A stretch of 64,000 nt of DNA from Marispirochaeta sp. GTDB taxonomy: Bacteria > Spirochaetota > Spirochaetia > JC444 > Marispirochaetaceae. The translations under genes were made by a program, and so were the position numbers. The stretch spans positions 864,001 to 928,000 of the forward strand of contig CAXXFF010000003.1 in the NCBI GenBank assembly GCA_963676835.2, read 5' to 3'. The stretch's first letter is position 1, and each line of letters opens with the position of its first letter. The notes below the pieces were generated by a model. The model was not told the origin of the DNA and did not search any database. It saw only the letters and a program-made list of their open reading frames with translations. Of the stretch, positions 7,378 to 17,112 are shown in pieces.

Positions 7378-9435
7378 GTGAAGGCAAACCGCAGACACAC
7401 AGCAGCGTTATCCATCCTGGTTCTTTATGCACTGATACTGGCACTATTTACATGGACTCCTGATAATCCTGGAGATACTTCAAAAGACCTCAAAGCTGAA
7501 CTGGATATAACCGATATCAACCATTTAAACAAAGGCTATCTTCCTCTTGATAGCGGATGGGAATTCTTCTGGAGTAAATTTCTTCAACCTGGCAACCCGG
7601 ACAGGATATCGCCGGATCTGATATCGCCCGCCGGGGAATGGAATTCGTTAAGTCTTCATGATGAGAAACTACCAGGCCAGGGGTTTGGAACCTATCGAAA
7701 AATAATAGCACACAATCCAGGACAGGATTTATCTCTTATGACAGGCAGGATTTACTCCAGTTATCGTCTATATATAAACGGCAGGCTTGCAGCAGCTGCG
7801 GGTGATCCAGGAAAAGACAGCAGCTCAACCCGGCATAACTATGCCCCCCAAATAGTGAAGATTACCAATACTGCAGATAACAGGGCCGAAATCATGCTGC
7901 ATATTTCAAATTTTGCTCATTATAAGGGCGGATTATGCAGTTACGAACCTATCTATATCGGCAAACCAGACGCAATAGCTTCCTTGTTTCAGAAAAGGGC
8001 CATTACTTATGTTGTATTCCTGGGAATTCTTTCCATGGGAATTATATTCAATTTTCTTCTTTTTCTGTTCCGCAGAAATGAGCCGCTTTATCTGTATTTA
8101 GCACTTATCTGCCTGACGAGTACCATAGTTATATCCCTGGATCTTGGCTATTATTCACTTGATGCCAACTTAATCGCCAATTGGTTGATAAGAGAAAAAA
8201 TAAACTCCGCTGTACAGGCATTGGGAACTCTTTTTTACCTGCTGTTTCTGGAACGAATTTTCAGGAAAGAGTTTTCGCCCCGATTTCTGCATGCAGCTGT
8301 CATTATTTTTCCCGCTATTACATTGCTGACACTTGCTCTCCCTGTAGCAGCAGGACTGAGGATATTCAGGATATACCTTGTTCTTATGGCCGGGACAATT
8401 GCCTACTGTCTCTATGTTTTACTGCGCTCTATAATTAAGCGGAATACTTCTGTTAATTATTTGGCTGTTGCATATCTTGTTATAAGCATAACCGCTATTA
8501 TTCAGTACATAAATTATCAGAACCAGGCGTACTTCCTTGACATTATACCAATACTGCACACTGTAGTTATTATAATCGTACTGACCAACACTGTGTATCT
8601 GTCTATGCACTATAAAAGGGCGCTCAGAAAAGCTACTGTGTTGTCGGGCAGACTGGAGAAAAAAGTCTCCCAGCGAACCCGGGAACTGGAATTATCCCGG
8701 AATATAATAGCAACAATAAACGGAGAGCAGAAAGAGCTGCTCAGGCTCCTTTGTAATGATCTGTCCGGACCTTTTACCACCCTCACAGATATTATTCACA
8801 AACTTAAAAACTACCCTGAAGACTTTGAGAGGTACAGAGAGCGAGAAATTGGCGAAGCTGAGCAAACACTTGAAGAAAGCCTGTTATTGATTAAAAACAT
8901 CAACGGCAGTGGAGACCTATCAGAAACCAGGGCAAACCCCAGAAAGGTCAGTCTTCAGGAAATTCTGACCCTGACAGAATCACTGAGCCAGGAAATGTTG
9001 AATAAAAAACAGATACGTCTTGAAGCAACAGCAGATCAGAATCTGACTATCTACATTGAACCCGCACTTTTTGTCCACGCAGTTCTGCTGAATTTAATCG
9101 GGAATGCTGTCAAATATTCATCCCCGGGCTCATGTATCTATATTAAGGCAGAAAAATTCGGTCATATGATTAAAATGAGCATACGGGATGAAGGAATAGG
9201 TATGCCTCAATTAATGGCTGACAAAATACTGGTGAATCCAGGTAATTATCGCCGAAACGGAACATCCGGCGAGATCGGTGCTGGTTTTGGTTTACGTTTG
9301 GCACACAAATTTATTTTGCTGTTTAATGGGGAGATTGATATTGAATCGAAAGAAAACAGTGGTTCCACTGTAATTCTTAAATTACCTTCCGATTTCCCGC
9401 TTAAAGGTATGTTCAAAAATGAGGCTGGAGAGTGA
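7378..9435 (+). CDS. 7TMR-DISM-type sensor histidine kinase-like protein with degenerate H-box (His to Asn)
   Basis: Extracellular jelly-roll-like domain (GWEFFW, GFGTYR), ~7 TM helices, coiled coil, N-box NLIGNAVKYS, G1 DEGIG, G2 GAGFGL. H-box reads LCNDL. Confidence 0.85.
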   Translation: MKANRRHTAALSILVLYALILALFTWTPDNPGDTSKDLKAELDITDINHLNKGYLPLDSGWEFFWSKFLQPGNPDRISPDLISPAGEWNSLSLHDEKLPGQGFGTYRKIIAHNPGQDLSLMTGRIYSSYRLYINGRLAAAAGDPGKDSSSTRHNYAPQIVKITNTADNRAEIMLHISNFAHYKGGLCSYEPIYIGKPDAIASLFQKRAITYVVFLGILSMGIIFNFLLFLFRRNEPLYLYLALICLTSTIVISLDLGYYSLDANLIANWLIREKINSAVQALGTLFYLLFLERIFRKEFSPRFLHAAVIIFPAITLLTLALPVAAGLRIFRIYLVLMAGTIAYCLYVLLRSIIKRNTSVNYLAVAYLVISITAIIQYINYQNQAYFLDIIPILHTVVIIIVLTNTVYLSMHYKRALRKATVLSGRLEKKVSQRTRELELSRNIIATINGEQKELLRLLCNDLSGPFTTLTDIIHKLKNYPEDFERYREREIGEAEQTLEESLLLIKNINGSGDLSETRANPRKVSLQEILTLTESLSQEMLNKKQIRLEATADQNLTIYIEPALFVHAVLLNLIGNAVKYSSPGSCIYIKAEKFGHMIKMSIRDEGIGMPQLMADKILVNPGNYRRNGTSGEIGAGFGLRLAHKFILLFNGEIDIESKENSGSTVILKLPSDFPLKGMFKNEAGE

Positions 9436-11480
9436 TCTACGCCATCCGCAAAAAAGTTATACTTATCACGTGTCTAATTGCCGCTTATTTAATTCTGCTT
9501 TTAGGTCTGACATTAGTAACAGGCAATAATAGCCCCCACCATGTTGTGGCATTCAAGGGGATCATTGATCTTCAGCACTCTCCCGAGGCCTTTAATAACA
9601 CGTGCATGCCCATTGAGGGTGAATTGGAATTCTACTGGAAGAAATTTCTTCAACCGAATGATTTTAATACAGAAGAGCCGGTCCGGTATTCTCCCGGCAA
9701 GGAATGGATCCATATCACACAGGATGGGAAGAATTTACCTTCTCAGGGATATGCCACCTATAGACTTCTCATCATGCATAAGCCGGGTCAGGACCTTGCT
9801 TTACTTATTCAGAGAATTTACTCATCCTACAGAGTTTATATAAACGGTGTATCTGCAGCCAATGCAGGTATCCCTGCAAAAACCAGGGACTCAACCATTC
9901 CTCTCTATAAAACACAGACGGTGCCCATAGATACCACCGGCAGGACACAGACGGAAATAGTTATTCATACCGCAAACTATGAACAGTACAAGGGGGGACT
10001 CTGCGGGTATGAACCTTTATATTTAGGCACTGAGAGATCAGTACAATCGCTGTTTCAAAGAAAATTATATACCCACGTCTTTTTCCTGGGCTTTCTGCTA
10101 ATGGGGGCAGTTTTAAACTTCATTCTATTTTTATCCCGAAGAACAGAAAAACCCTATTTATATTTTTCCCTGATCTACCTGATAACTGTTACCGTGCTCT
10201 ATCTTGATATGCGGGTATTCTCGGTGACCCCTGTATATCTGCTTTCATATGCAACCAGAGAGGAACTGAACTATGCGGTGCAGTATATCGGCACCATACT
10301 GTATGTTCTCTTTCTGCAGAAGATGTTCAACCATACAATTCCCCGTCCACTTATGGCTGCAATAATAACTGTTTTCAGTTTGATGGCTCTGGCAGCTCTC
10401 ACACTTCCTTCACCGCTAAGCATGCAGATCTATAACGTATACCTTATCTTTTTATCTCTTATTTTTGTTTATTTTCTCTATATACTCGTAATGGTTGTTA
10501 TAAAAGCTGCCAACGTTCAGTATATTTTCGCCCTGGCCTATATATTGCTTTTTATGAGCCTGATTTTCCAGAGCTATTTTTACCAGCAGCAGGCATATAT
10601 TTTCGATACAATCCCGGTTCTGCATTTGCATGTGGTGCTTGTCTTTCTAATTAATACAGTATATCTGGCGTTGAACTACAGAAAAGCTCTGGATACGGCA
10701 CACGAACTCTCTTTTAACCTGGAAAAACAGGTAGAGAAACGAACCAGAGAACTTCAACAGAGCAATACTATCATCGAAACAGTGAACGAAGAGCAGAAAG
10801 CCCTTCTGAGACTTCTCTGTCATGATCTTTCAACGCCCTTTATATCCATGAGGTTCTTTACTAAACTGCTGAAAGATTCGCCCAAGACATTTAATCAGAA
10901 AAGAGAAGTCTATCTGACAGAAATGCAGCAGGTTATGAAAAACGGCAAAGCATTGTTGGAGAATGTACGCATTAGCAGCGAAAAGCAGAAAATCACTGCC
11001 CGCCCCCGGCTTTTCCGCTTGTCAGAGGCTGTGAGTCTTGCCGAATCAATGAGCAGTGTTTTTCGGGATAAAAAAGAGATTGCCCTGCTTGTAGATGTAG
11101 ATGATTCGCTTTATATCTACAGCGACTTTTCTCTTTTTGTGCATTCCGTACTTTTAAACCTCATTCGCAATGCTGTAAAGTTTTCTCTTCCAGGAGCTTC
11201 CATATATATGGCCGCCCATAAAACCAACGACCGGGTTATAATGACCATCAGGGATGAAGGAATCGGTATGTCCCGTGAAATTCTGGAAAAAGTTCTGACA
11301 CACCCTGCAGAATGTCAACGAACAGGAACTGCAGGAGAAGAAGGCACAGGTTTCGGATTAAGACTGGCCATGAAGTTCATCGAATTATTCAGAGGAACAC
11401 TTGCTTTAAGCTCCCGGGAAAACGACGGTACAACGGTTATTCTGGACCTTCCGTCATCACCGCAACCGATGAAGAATTAA
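9432..11480 (+). CDS. 7TMR-DISM-type sensor histidine kinase
   Basis: Paralog of the previous gene; H-box LCHDLSTP, NLIRNAVKFS, DEGIG, GTGFGL; 4-bp overlap with the upstream stop. Confidence 0.9.
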   Translation: MIYAIRKKVILITCLIAAYLILLLGLTLVTGNNSPHHVVAFKGIIDLQHSPEAFNNTCMPIEGELEFYWKKFLQPNDFNTEEPVRYSPGKEWIHITQDGKNLPSQGYATYRLLIMHKPGQDLALLIQRIYSSYRVYINGVSAANAGIPAKTRDSTIPLYKTQTVPIDTTGRTQTEIVIHTANYEQYKGGLCGYEPLYLGTERSVQSLFQRKLYTHVFFLGFLLMGAVLNFILFLSRRTEKPYLYFSLIYLITVTVLYLDMRVFSVTPVYLLSYATREELNYAVQYIGTILYVLFLQKMFNHTIPRPLMAAIITVFSLMALAALTLPSPLSMQIYNVYLIFLSLIFVYFLYILVMVVIKAANVQYIFALAYILLFMSLIFQSYFYQQQAYIFDTIPVLHLHVVLVFLINTVYLALNYRKALDTAHELSFNLEKQVEKRTRELQQSNTIIETVNEEQKALLRLLCHDLSTPFISMRFFTKLLKDSPKTFNQKREVYLTEMQQVMKNGKALLENVRISSEKQKITARPRLFRLSEAVSLAESMSSVFRDKKEIALLVDVDDSLYIYSDFSLFVHSVLLNLIRNAVKFSLPGASIYMAAHKTNDRVIMTIRDEGIGMSREILEKVLTHPAECQRTGTAGEEGTGFGLRLAMKFIELFRGTLALSSRENDGTTVILDLPSSPQPMKN

Positions 11481-11545
11481 CCTGGGCATATTGCACAGGC
11501 ATAGAAGCCGAAGATATACTTTGCCGAATTTCGGGAGTACAACAA

Positions 11546-12166
11546 ATGACCATCATAGTTGCAGATGATCACCTGATGATCAGGGAAGGAATCAAACAGA
11601 TCATTTTAAAAATGCGCAATATGCAGATAATTGCTGAAGCAGAAACAGGCCTTGAAGCCCTGGAGTACGCAAAAAAACTGCCCTGCGACATTCTTCTTAT
11701 TGATATAAATATGCCGGAACTCAACGGAATAGAAGTTCTGAGTCGTATCAAGACAGAGAAGCCCGAATTAAAAGTTATTGTTTACAGTATGTTCTGTGAT
11801 AAAAACACAATCCATAAAGCAGTAAAAAACGATGTGGACGGCTACATTCTTAAAGATGACTCAGAATCAGTCTTTCTTGATGTAGTAAAAAATGTTGCTG
11901 CCGGCAACAAAACCTTCTCCCCGAGAATTCAGTCGATTATTTTTTCTCTTGCTGCTGATTCTCATATGTCCCCTCTGGAAAAACTGACAATCCAGGAACT
12001 GGAAGTTTTCAATCTGCTTACGGAAGGAAAAAAACGTTCAGATATTGCGGAAGAACTGGGTATCGCGATAAGAACCGTAGATTTTCATACCCGTAATTTA
12101 AAAGACAAACTGCATACGGAAAATATCGGCGACCTTATTCGTCTCCGCCGGGAGCATTCGCTCTAA
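11546..12166 (+). CDS. NarL/FixJ-family response regulator (REC + LuxR HTH)
   Basis: IIVADDH, LLIDINMP, GYILK, LT..ELEV...IAEELGIA.RTVDFH; GGGAG RBS before ATG 11546. Confidence 0.93.
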   Translation: MTIIVADDHLMIREGIKQIILKMRNMQIIAEAETGLEALEYAKKLPCDILLIDINMPELNGIEVLSRIKTEKPELKVIVYSMFCDKNTIHKAVKNDVDGYILKDDSESVFLDVVKNVAAGNKTFSPRIQSIIFSLAADSHMSPLEKLTIQELEVFNLLTEGKKRSDIAEELGIAIRTVDFHTRNLKDKLHTENIGDLIRLRREHSL

Positions 12167-12207
12167 AAAGAGAAAAAAAAGAAACGATACAGTTATTCTT
12201 AAGTACT

Positions 12208-12362
12208 GGGCACCTCTAAAAAGTGGTATTTCTACCATAGTCAAGGAGGATAGATTTTGCAGCGCCCGCACCCTGCACCAAAATTGTTTTGGTGCAGGGG
12301 AGGATCGTGGGAAATCTTGACAACGAAGGATATGGAGAAAAGAGTAGTTTTTAGAGCTGCCC
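12208..12362 (+). mobile_element. MITE-like element, copy 1 (155 bp)
   Basis: Terminal inverted repeats GGGCACCTCTAAAAA / TTTTTAGAGCTGCCC; homologous to 25801-25961. Confidence 0.8.
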
Positions 12363-12449
12363 TGCTCTTAATACTTTATGATACGTTCCGTTTGCTTATA
12401 TACCTGCAACAGCCCGCTGCAAGGATATTTCAATGAAGGATTATACATT

Positions 12450-13103
12450 CTACAGATTCAGAAGTTCAGCCTGTACGTTCTGTCCGTCAAATTCCGCAAG
12501 AGCATAATGCCCTTCTGCGAGGCTCCCCGGATTGACCAGAAGTGATTCGGCAAAGGTTGAAACAGACCGTGCTTCATGGATATGACCGGTGCAGACAAGC
12601 GGGGGTTTATGTTTACGGATAAAATCTGCCACCGCATGGCTTCCCACGTTTAGTCCGCTTCGGATACGATCTGCGCTGCTGTTAACAGGCGGCTGATGAC
12701 TAACAAAAACCCAGGGGACTTCCGGAATTATTCCCGCCATTTTTTCAAGAAGTTCAGCTCCTTCCTCTTCGGTATATACCGAAGGAGTATCTATTGGAGC
12801 CGGCAGGGAACCGCCGATACCGAGAATGGAAAGTCCCTCAAGTGAGCAGCAGCCCGCATGAGCGGAAAGGCCCTCGTCCTCAAGATAAGCAAGCACTTCG
12901 GGTTTATCGCAGTTGCCATGAATTCCGCATACTGGGGCTCCACCCTCCATGAGAGCATGCATAACCGGTTCTGCCTGGGCTTTACGGCCGAAATGGGTAA
13001 TGTCACCACAGACGATGATCCCGTCAATATCCCGGGCAATCTTTACCACCATTGATGCGTTTTCTTTTCCACCATGAATATCGGAAACAATTAGGATCTT
13101 CAT
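12450..13103 (-). CDS. Metallophosphoesterase (calcineurin-like)
   Basis: SDIHG, CGDIT, HGNCD, SHQPP and GHIHE motifs. Confidence 0.9.
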   Translation of the reverse strand: MKILIVSDIHGGKENASMVVKIARDIDGIIVCGDITHFGRKAQAEPVMHALMEGGAPVCGIHGNCDKPEVLAYLEDEGLSAHAGCCSLEGLSILGIGGSLPAPIDTPSVYTEEEGAELLEKMAGIIPEVPWVFVSHQPPVNSSADRIRSGLNVGSHAVADFIRKHKPPLVCTGHIHEARSVSTFAESLLVNPGSLAEGHYALAEFDGQNVQAELLNL

Positions 13104-13140
13104 CCAGAGGCTCCTTTTTTATTATTGGACATCTATACTT

Positions 13141-13875
13141 TTAACGATTCATACCGCTGAATTCAAGAAGAGCACGGTAAAGTTCTGATTCAAGGCCAAT
13201 AAGCCCGGGGTCCGTAAGGCTCCGTTCTCCCCGGGGCAAAGGATTCTCCAGCTGAAGCTGAATCTTGCCGGGGGGACTGCTTACAACAGTAATACTATCA
13301 CCCAGGACAAGAGCTTCCTGAATATCGTGGGTAACAAAAAGCGTAGTCGGTGCTTTTTCCGACCAGAGACTGAGAAACCAGTCCACCAGATCCAGCTTGC
13401 GGGCAAGATCAAGAGCCTGAAGGGGTTCGTCCATGAGAAGTATTTCCCCGGGATAGGTAAAAGCCCTGGCAATAACCGCCCGCTGCCGCATTCCGCCGGA
13501 CAGTTCCCGGGGGTAGGAATCGACAAAATCCGCCATACCAACCCTTTTCAGAGCATTTTCAGCTGTTTCCCGGTAACTCCCCCCATCGGTCTCATTGCTT
13601 ACACCTTCCAGAACAAACTCCAGGTTCTGCCGTATAGTCAGCCATGGAATAAGCCGGGGCTCCTGAAACAGGTAGCTTATACGCCTTTCACCCACCCCTT
13701 CGATTGAACCTGAGTCTGGAACCTGCAGACCGGATAGCATGTTCAAAAGGGTTGTCTTACCGCATCCTGAAGGCCCCAGAAGAACCGAAACCTCGCCGGA
13801 GGGAATCTCCAGGTTCAGTCCCTCAAACAAGGTTAGATCGCCAAAGCTTTTTCGTATTTCCTTTAAGCGAATCAC
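13141..13875 (-). CDS. NitT/TauT-family ABC transporter ATPase
   Basis: GPSGCGKTT, LSGGMRQR, LLMDEP, VTHD. Confidence 0.93.
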   Translation of the reverse strand: MIRLKEIRKSFGDLTLFEGLNLEIPSGEVSVLLGPSGCGKTTLLNMLSGLQVPDSGSIEGVGERRISYLFQEPRLIPWLTIRQNLEFVLEGVSNETDGGSYRETAENALKRVGMADFVDSYPRELSGGMRQRAVIARAFTYPGEILLMDEPLQALDLARKLDLVDWFLSLWSEKAPTTLFVTHDIQEALVLGDSITVVSSPPGKIQLQLENPLPRGERSLTDPGLIGLESELYRALLEFSGMNR

Positions 13876-14666
13876 AGTGAGATCCCTCCCCTGCGTACCC
13901 CCGGGAACAATAGAGCGCTTCGTTGAAGAAGGAACTCACTACAGGCGGATATAAGCACCGCTGCTACAGTCCAGGCAACAACCTCGGCGGTTTCTATATA
14001 TATCTTTGCCTCATACATGGAGGACCCCACTGCAATTGAGGGCCGGGAGAGGATCTCAGCAGCAATAACAGCCTTCCAGATAATCCCCAGACCGGTCCGG
14101 GCTCCAGCCATAAAGAAGGCGAACAGGCCGGGTATAAGGATCTTGAAAAGAATACGCTGTTTTGGAACCCGGTACACCTCGGCCATCTCGATAAGCCTGG
14201 GGTCAACACTACGGATACCGGCAACAACATTCTCATACATAATGGGAAAAGCCATTAATACCGCTACAAAAACCGGAACAAACCCCGAAGGAAACCAGAT
14301 AAGAGCAAGAAGAATAAAAGACATTACCGGAGTACTGCGAATAGTTACAATAAGCGGCTTCAAAAGCTTCCGCAGATTTCCGGATAAACCACTGGCAATA
14401 CCAAGAGTAAGACCGGCAAGGGCTGAAACAAAAAAAGCCCCCAGACCTCTTAGAGTTGTTGCCCATAGAGCCGGCAGAAACCCGGGAGAAGCCGCTACGG
14501 AGACAAGTGTTTTGATCGTTTTTACCGGACCGGGAAGAATAACCTCGGAGCCCGCAAAGAGGGCTCCGATTTTCCATACTGCCACCAGCAGAAGTATACC
14601 CAGGAGAACCATTCCCTGCGGGGAACTTCCCGGGGTGCTGTCTTTTTCTTTATTCGTAAAAATCAT
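13872..14666 (-). CDS. NitT/TauT-family ABC transporter permease
   Basis: Hydrophobic helices, EAA-like LIEMAEVY, WKAVIAAE. Confidence 0.88.
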   Translation of the reverse strand: MIFTNKEKDSTPGSSPQGMVLLGILLLVAVWKIGALFAGSEVILPGPVKTIKTLVSVAASPGFLPALWATTLRGLGAFFVSALAGLTLGIASGLSGNLRKLLKPLIVTIRSTPVMSFILLALIWFPSGFVPVFVAVLMAFPIMYENVVAGIRSVDPRLIEMAEVYRVPKQRILFKILIPGLFAFFMAGARTGLGIIWKAVIAAEILSRPSIAVGSSMYEAKIYIETAEVVAWTVAAVLISACSEFLLQRSALLFPGVRRGGISL

Positions 14667-15651
14667 CTCCGGGGAGTTTACCACCAACGGAGGCCGGTGC
14701 GAAGCCGAAGAAAACTGAATAAAGCTCTTCTACCCTTGGACGTGCTTCAGCAGCCCGCTGAAAGCGCAGATTAAGCCTGGGTACGGCGGCGCTGATAACC
14801 GGCGCGGGCATCTGCATATACTTGAATGCAAGAGATCCGGTTTCGGCGGGATTAGCATTTACCCAGTCGATCGCATCTGCATATGCGGTAAAAAAGCTTT
14901 CTACTGCATCCGGACGGATTTCGAGGAGCTTGTTGCTTACAAGGATTCCTGTCATTGGGTAGGTTTCTCCGGTACCCGAGACTTCCGCCCAAACCTTCTG
15001 AAGATCGATCACCGGTTTCACCGCCGGGTTCTTTGCCTGTACGATGCTCACAAAGGGTTCCGGAAGAACAGCGATATCAACCTTTCCGGAGACAAGCTGT
15101 GGGGTGATAGAAACCTGGTCATAGGAAAAATCGATTTTAACGTCCTTCTCAGGGTCAAGCCCACTCTTCTGCAGGGTATAGCGCAGAATAAATTCCGGGG
15201 TTGATCCCTGTCCGATACAGTAAACCGTTTTGCCTTTAAGGTCCGACATGGATTTAATATCATCCCGGGAACTTACAACGTGAATAAGCCCGTCGCCGGT
15301 TACCGCTTCGAAGGAGTAATCTACCCCTTTATTGGAAAGCACAGCAGCCAGGTTGATAGGTACCGCGGCAATACTGACTTCTCCGGACATTATGCGGGCT
15401 ATCATAATCTGGGGATCGGGAACCACTTCAAAGGATGAAGTAACCCCTTCGCCAAGAGACGGGTTATTCTCAAACAGAGGCAACATCCCTACCGAGGTAG
15501 GGCCTTTAAGCCCCGCGATTTTCATTTCGACTGCAGGCAAAACGACAGGTTCCACTGCCTCAGCGGCGGATTCACTGCTCCCGCCGGCAAAAAGCTGCAA
15601 AGAAGGAAGCGTAATAAAAAGCAGGAGACCTGCTACAACAAGTTTATTCAT
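14650..15651 (-). CDS. NitT/TauT-family ABC substrate-binding protein
   Basis: Spirochaete-type LFAGG signal, LKGPTS, DLKGKTV, LPEPF; heads the ABC operon. Confidence 0.85.
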   Translation of the reverse strand: MNKLVVAGLLLFITLPSLQLFAGGSSESAAEAVEPVVLPAVEMKIAGLKGPTSVGMLPLFENNPSLGEGVTSSFEVVPDPQIMIARIMSGEVSIAAVPINLAAVLSNKGVDYSFEAVTGDGLIHVVSSRDDIKSMSDLKGKTVYCIGQGSTPEFILRYTLQKSGLDPEKDVKIDFSYDQVSITPQLVSGKVDIAVLPEPFVSIVQAKNPAVKPVIDLQKVWAEVSGTGETYPMTGILVSNKLLEIRPDAVESFFTAYADAIDWVNANPAETGSLAFKYMQMPAPVISAAVPRLNLRFQRAAEARPRVEELYSVFFGFAPASVGGKLPGDDFYE

Positions 15652-15767
15652 ATATTCTCCTTGAAATTACAGAAAAACAGTAATAAAGGAACCTTCCTTG
15701 GTCAACACGAAAACTCAGCCAATACCTGTTATTAAGGAAGAAGCCGCAAGTGGATCAAATAGATCCC

Positions 15768-17009
15768 CTAAACTGAGAACCCAAAATCACTTTCAAGAAA
15801 AGTAAAAAAATTCATCCAGTGTATTCCCTCAACATTTCCTTCGGGTAAATCATCCATTGTAATAACAAATTTTGGATGGTTATCCGGGATCAGCCTTAAA
15901 GAACGGAATTCCCGTTCCCGGGTTGATTCATTACCTAAAAGGTAGGCCACCTGGACATATGCGCAATAGTTTCCCCGGACTGCGATGAAATCTATTTCAA
16001 ACTCACCAGACCTTCCGATGCTGACAGAATACCCCCTCTTTCTCAACTCAATATAAACAATATTTTCGAGAAACAGATTGATGTCGTATTCCCTGTAACC
16101 GACAAGGGCATGCCGCAGTCCCAAATCCGCCATGTAATACTTTTCGTGAGTTTCAAGGTATCTCTTACCTTTAATATCATAGCGGGAAACCCTGTTGATT
16201 ATGAATGCCGCCTCTAAATGGTCTATATAATTGTAGACAGTTTCAATCCCCAAGGACCTTCGTTCTTTTTTTAAATAGTCTGCTACACTACGGGCAGAAA
16301 AAACGTTTCCGATGTTATCCGCAAGAAACAAAAGAAGTTTTTTCAGGAGCGCAATATCACGAATATTGTTCCGGAGCACAACATCCTTCAACAGAACACT
16401 ATCTACCATTGCAGAGAGGTATTGATATACCGGCTCCTCTGAAAACTCCAGTCTATGAATCCCGGGCATTCCACCGAAACGGAGGAATGCCCTGAAGATT
16501 TCTGCATCATTGCCGTGCTGCCCCGATTTGAAAGATTTGAATTCTGAATAAGTCAGAGGAAACACCGGAATGTTCACATATCTGCCGCTTAACAACGTAG
16601 CCAGTTCCCCGGAAAGTAACCGGGAATTTGACCCACTGATATAGATATCTGCATCATTATCAGATAGAAATGAATTGATCGCCTTTTCCCATCCGGAGAT
16701 TTCCTGAACTTCATCAATAAAAAGGTAGATTTTGGTTCCCGCCAGTACTTTCCGGCTCCGAACGTATTCGAAAAGCCTGTGGTAATCAGTGTACTCTTCG
16801 TTTTCTATGGACTCCATATTAATATACAGGATTCGCTCAGAACTTATTCCCCGATTAATCAGTTTACCGGCTACAAGCTTCATCAAAGAACTCTTTCCTG
16901 ACCTTCTTATGCCCGTAATTACTTTGATCAGAGGTGTATCTATGTATGAGGCGATTCTCTGTTCATATTCGGTTCTGTCAATTAAACCTTCAGACAATCT
17001 GTCGTTCAT
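15768..17009 (-). CDS. AAA+ ATPase (AAA_14) with C-terminal DUF4143 domain
   Basis: GIRRSGKS, FIDEVQ, SGSNS, LSGRY, FGGMP, KYYMADLGL, EIDFIA. Confidence 0.88.
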   Translation of the reverse strand: MNDRLSEGLIDRTEYEQRIASYIDTPLIKVITGIRRSGKSSLMKLVAGKLINRGISSERILYINMESIENEEYTDYHRLFEYVRSRKVLAGTKIYLFIDEVQEISGWEKAINSFLSDNDADIYISGSNSRLLSGELATLLSGRYVNIPVFPLTYSEFKSFKSGQHGNDAEIFRAFLRFGGMPGIHRLEFSEEPVYQYLSAMVDSVLLKDVVLRNNIRDIALLKKLLLFLADNIGNVFSARSVADYLKKERRSLGIETVYNYIDHLEAAFIINRVSRYDIKGKRYLETHEKYYMADLGLRHALVGYREYDINLFLENIVYIELRKRGYSVSIGRSGEFEIDFIAVRGNYCAYVQVAYLLGNESTREREFRSLRLIPDNHPKFVITMDDLPEGNVEGIHWMNFFTFLESDFGFSV

Positions 17010-17112
17010 ATTAGACAACATAACACATACCATGTAATTTGTCTTTTATATTAGACAAAAGCATGAAACATCTTACACAAATTAACCTGAAGGTTATACA
17101 GGGTCATCTCTC

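Noticed and set aside
11312..11545. N-terminal extension of the response regulator
   Set aside because: It overlaps the kinase gene. The REC domain and RBS point to ATG 11546.
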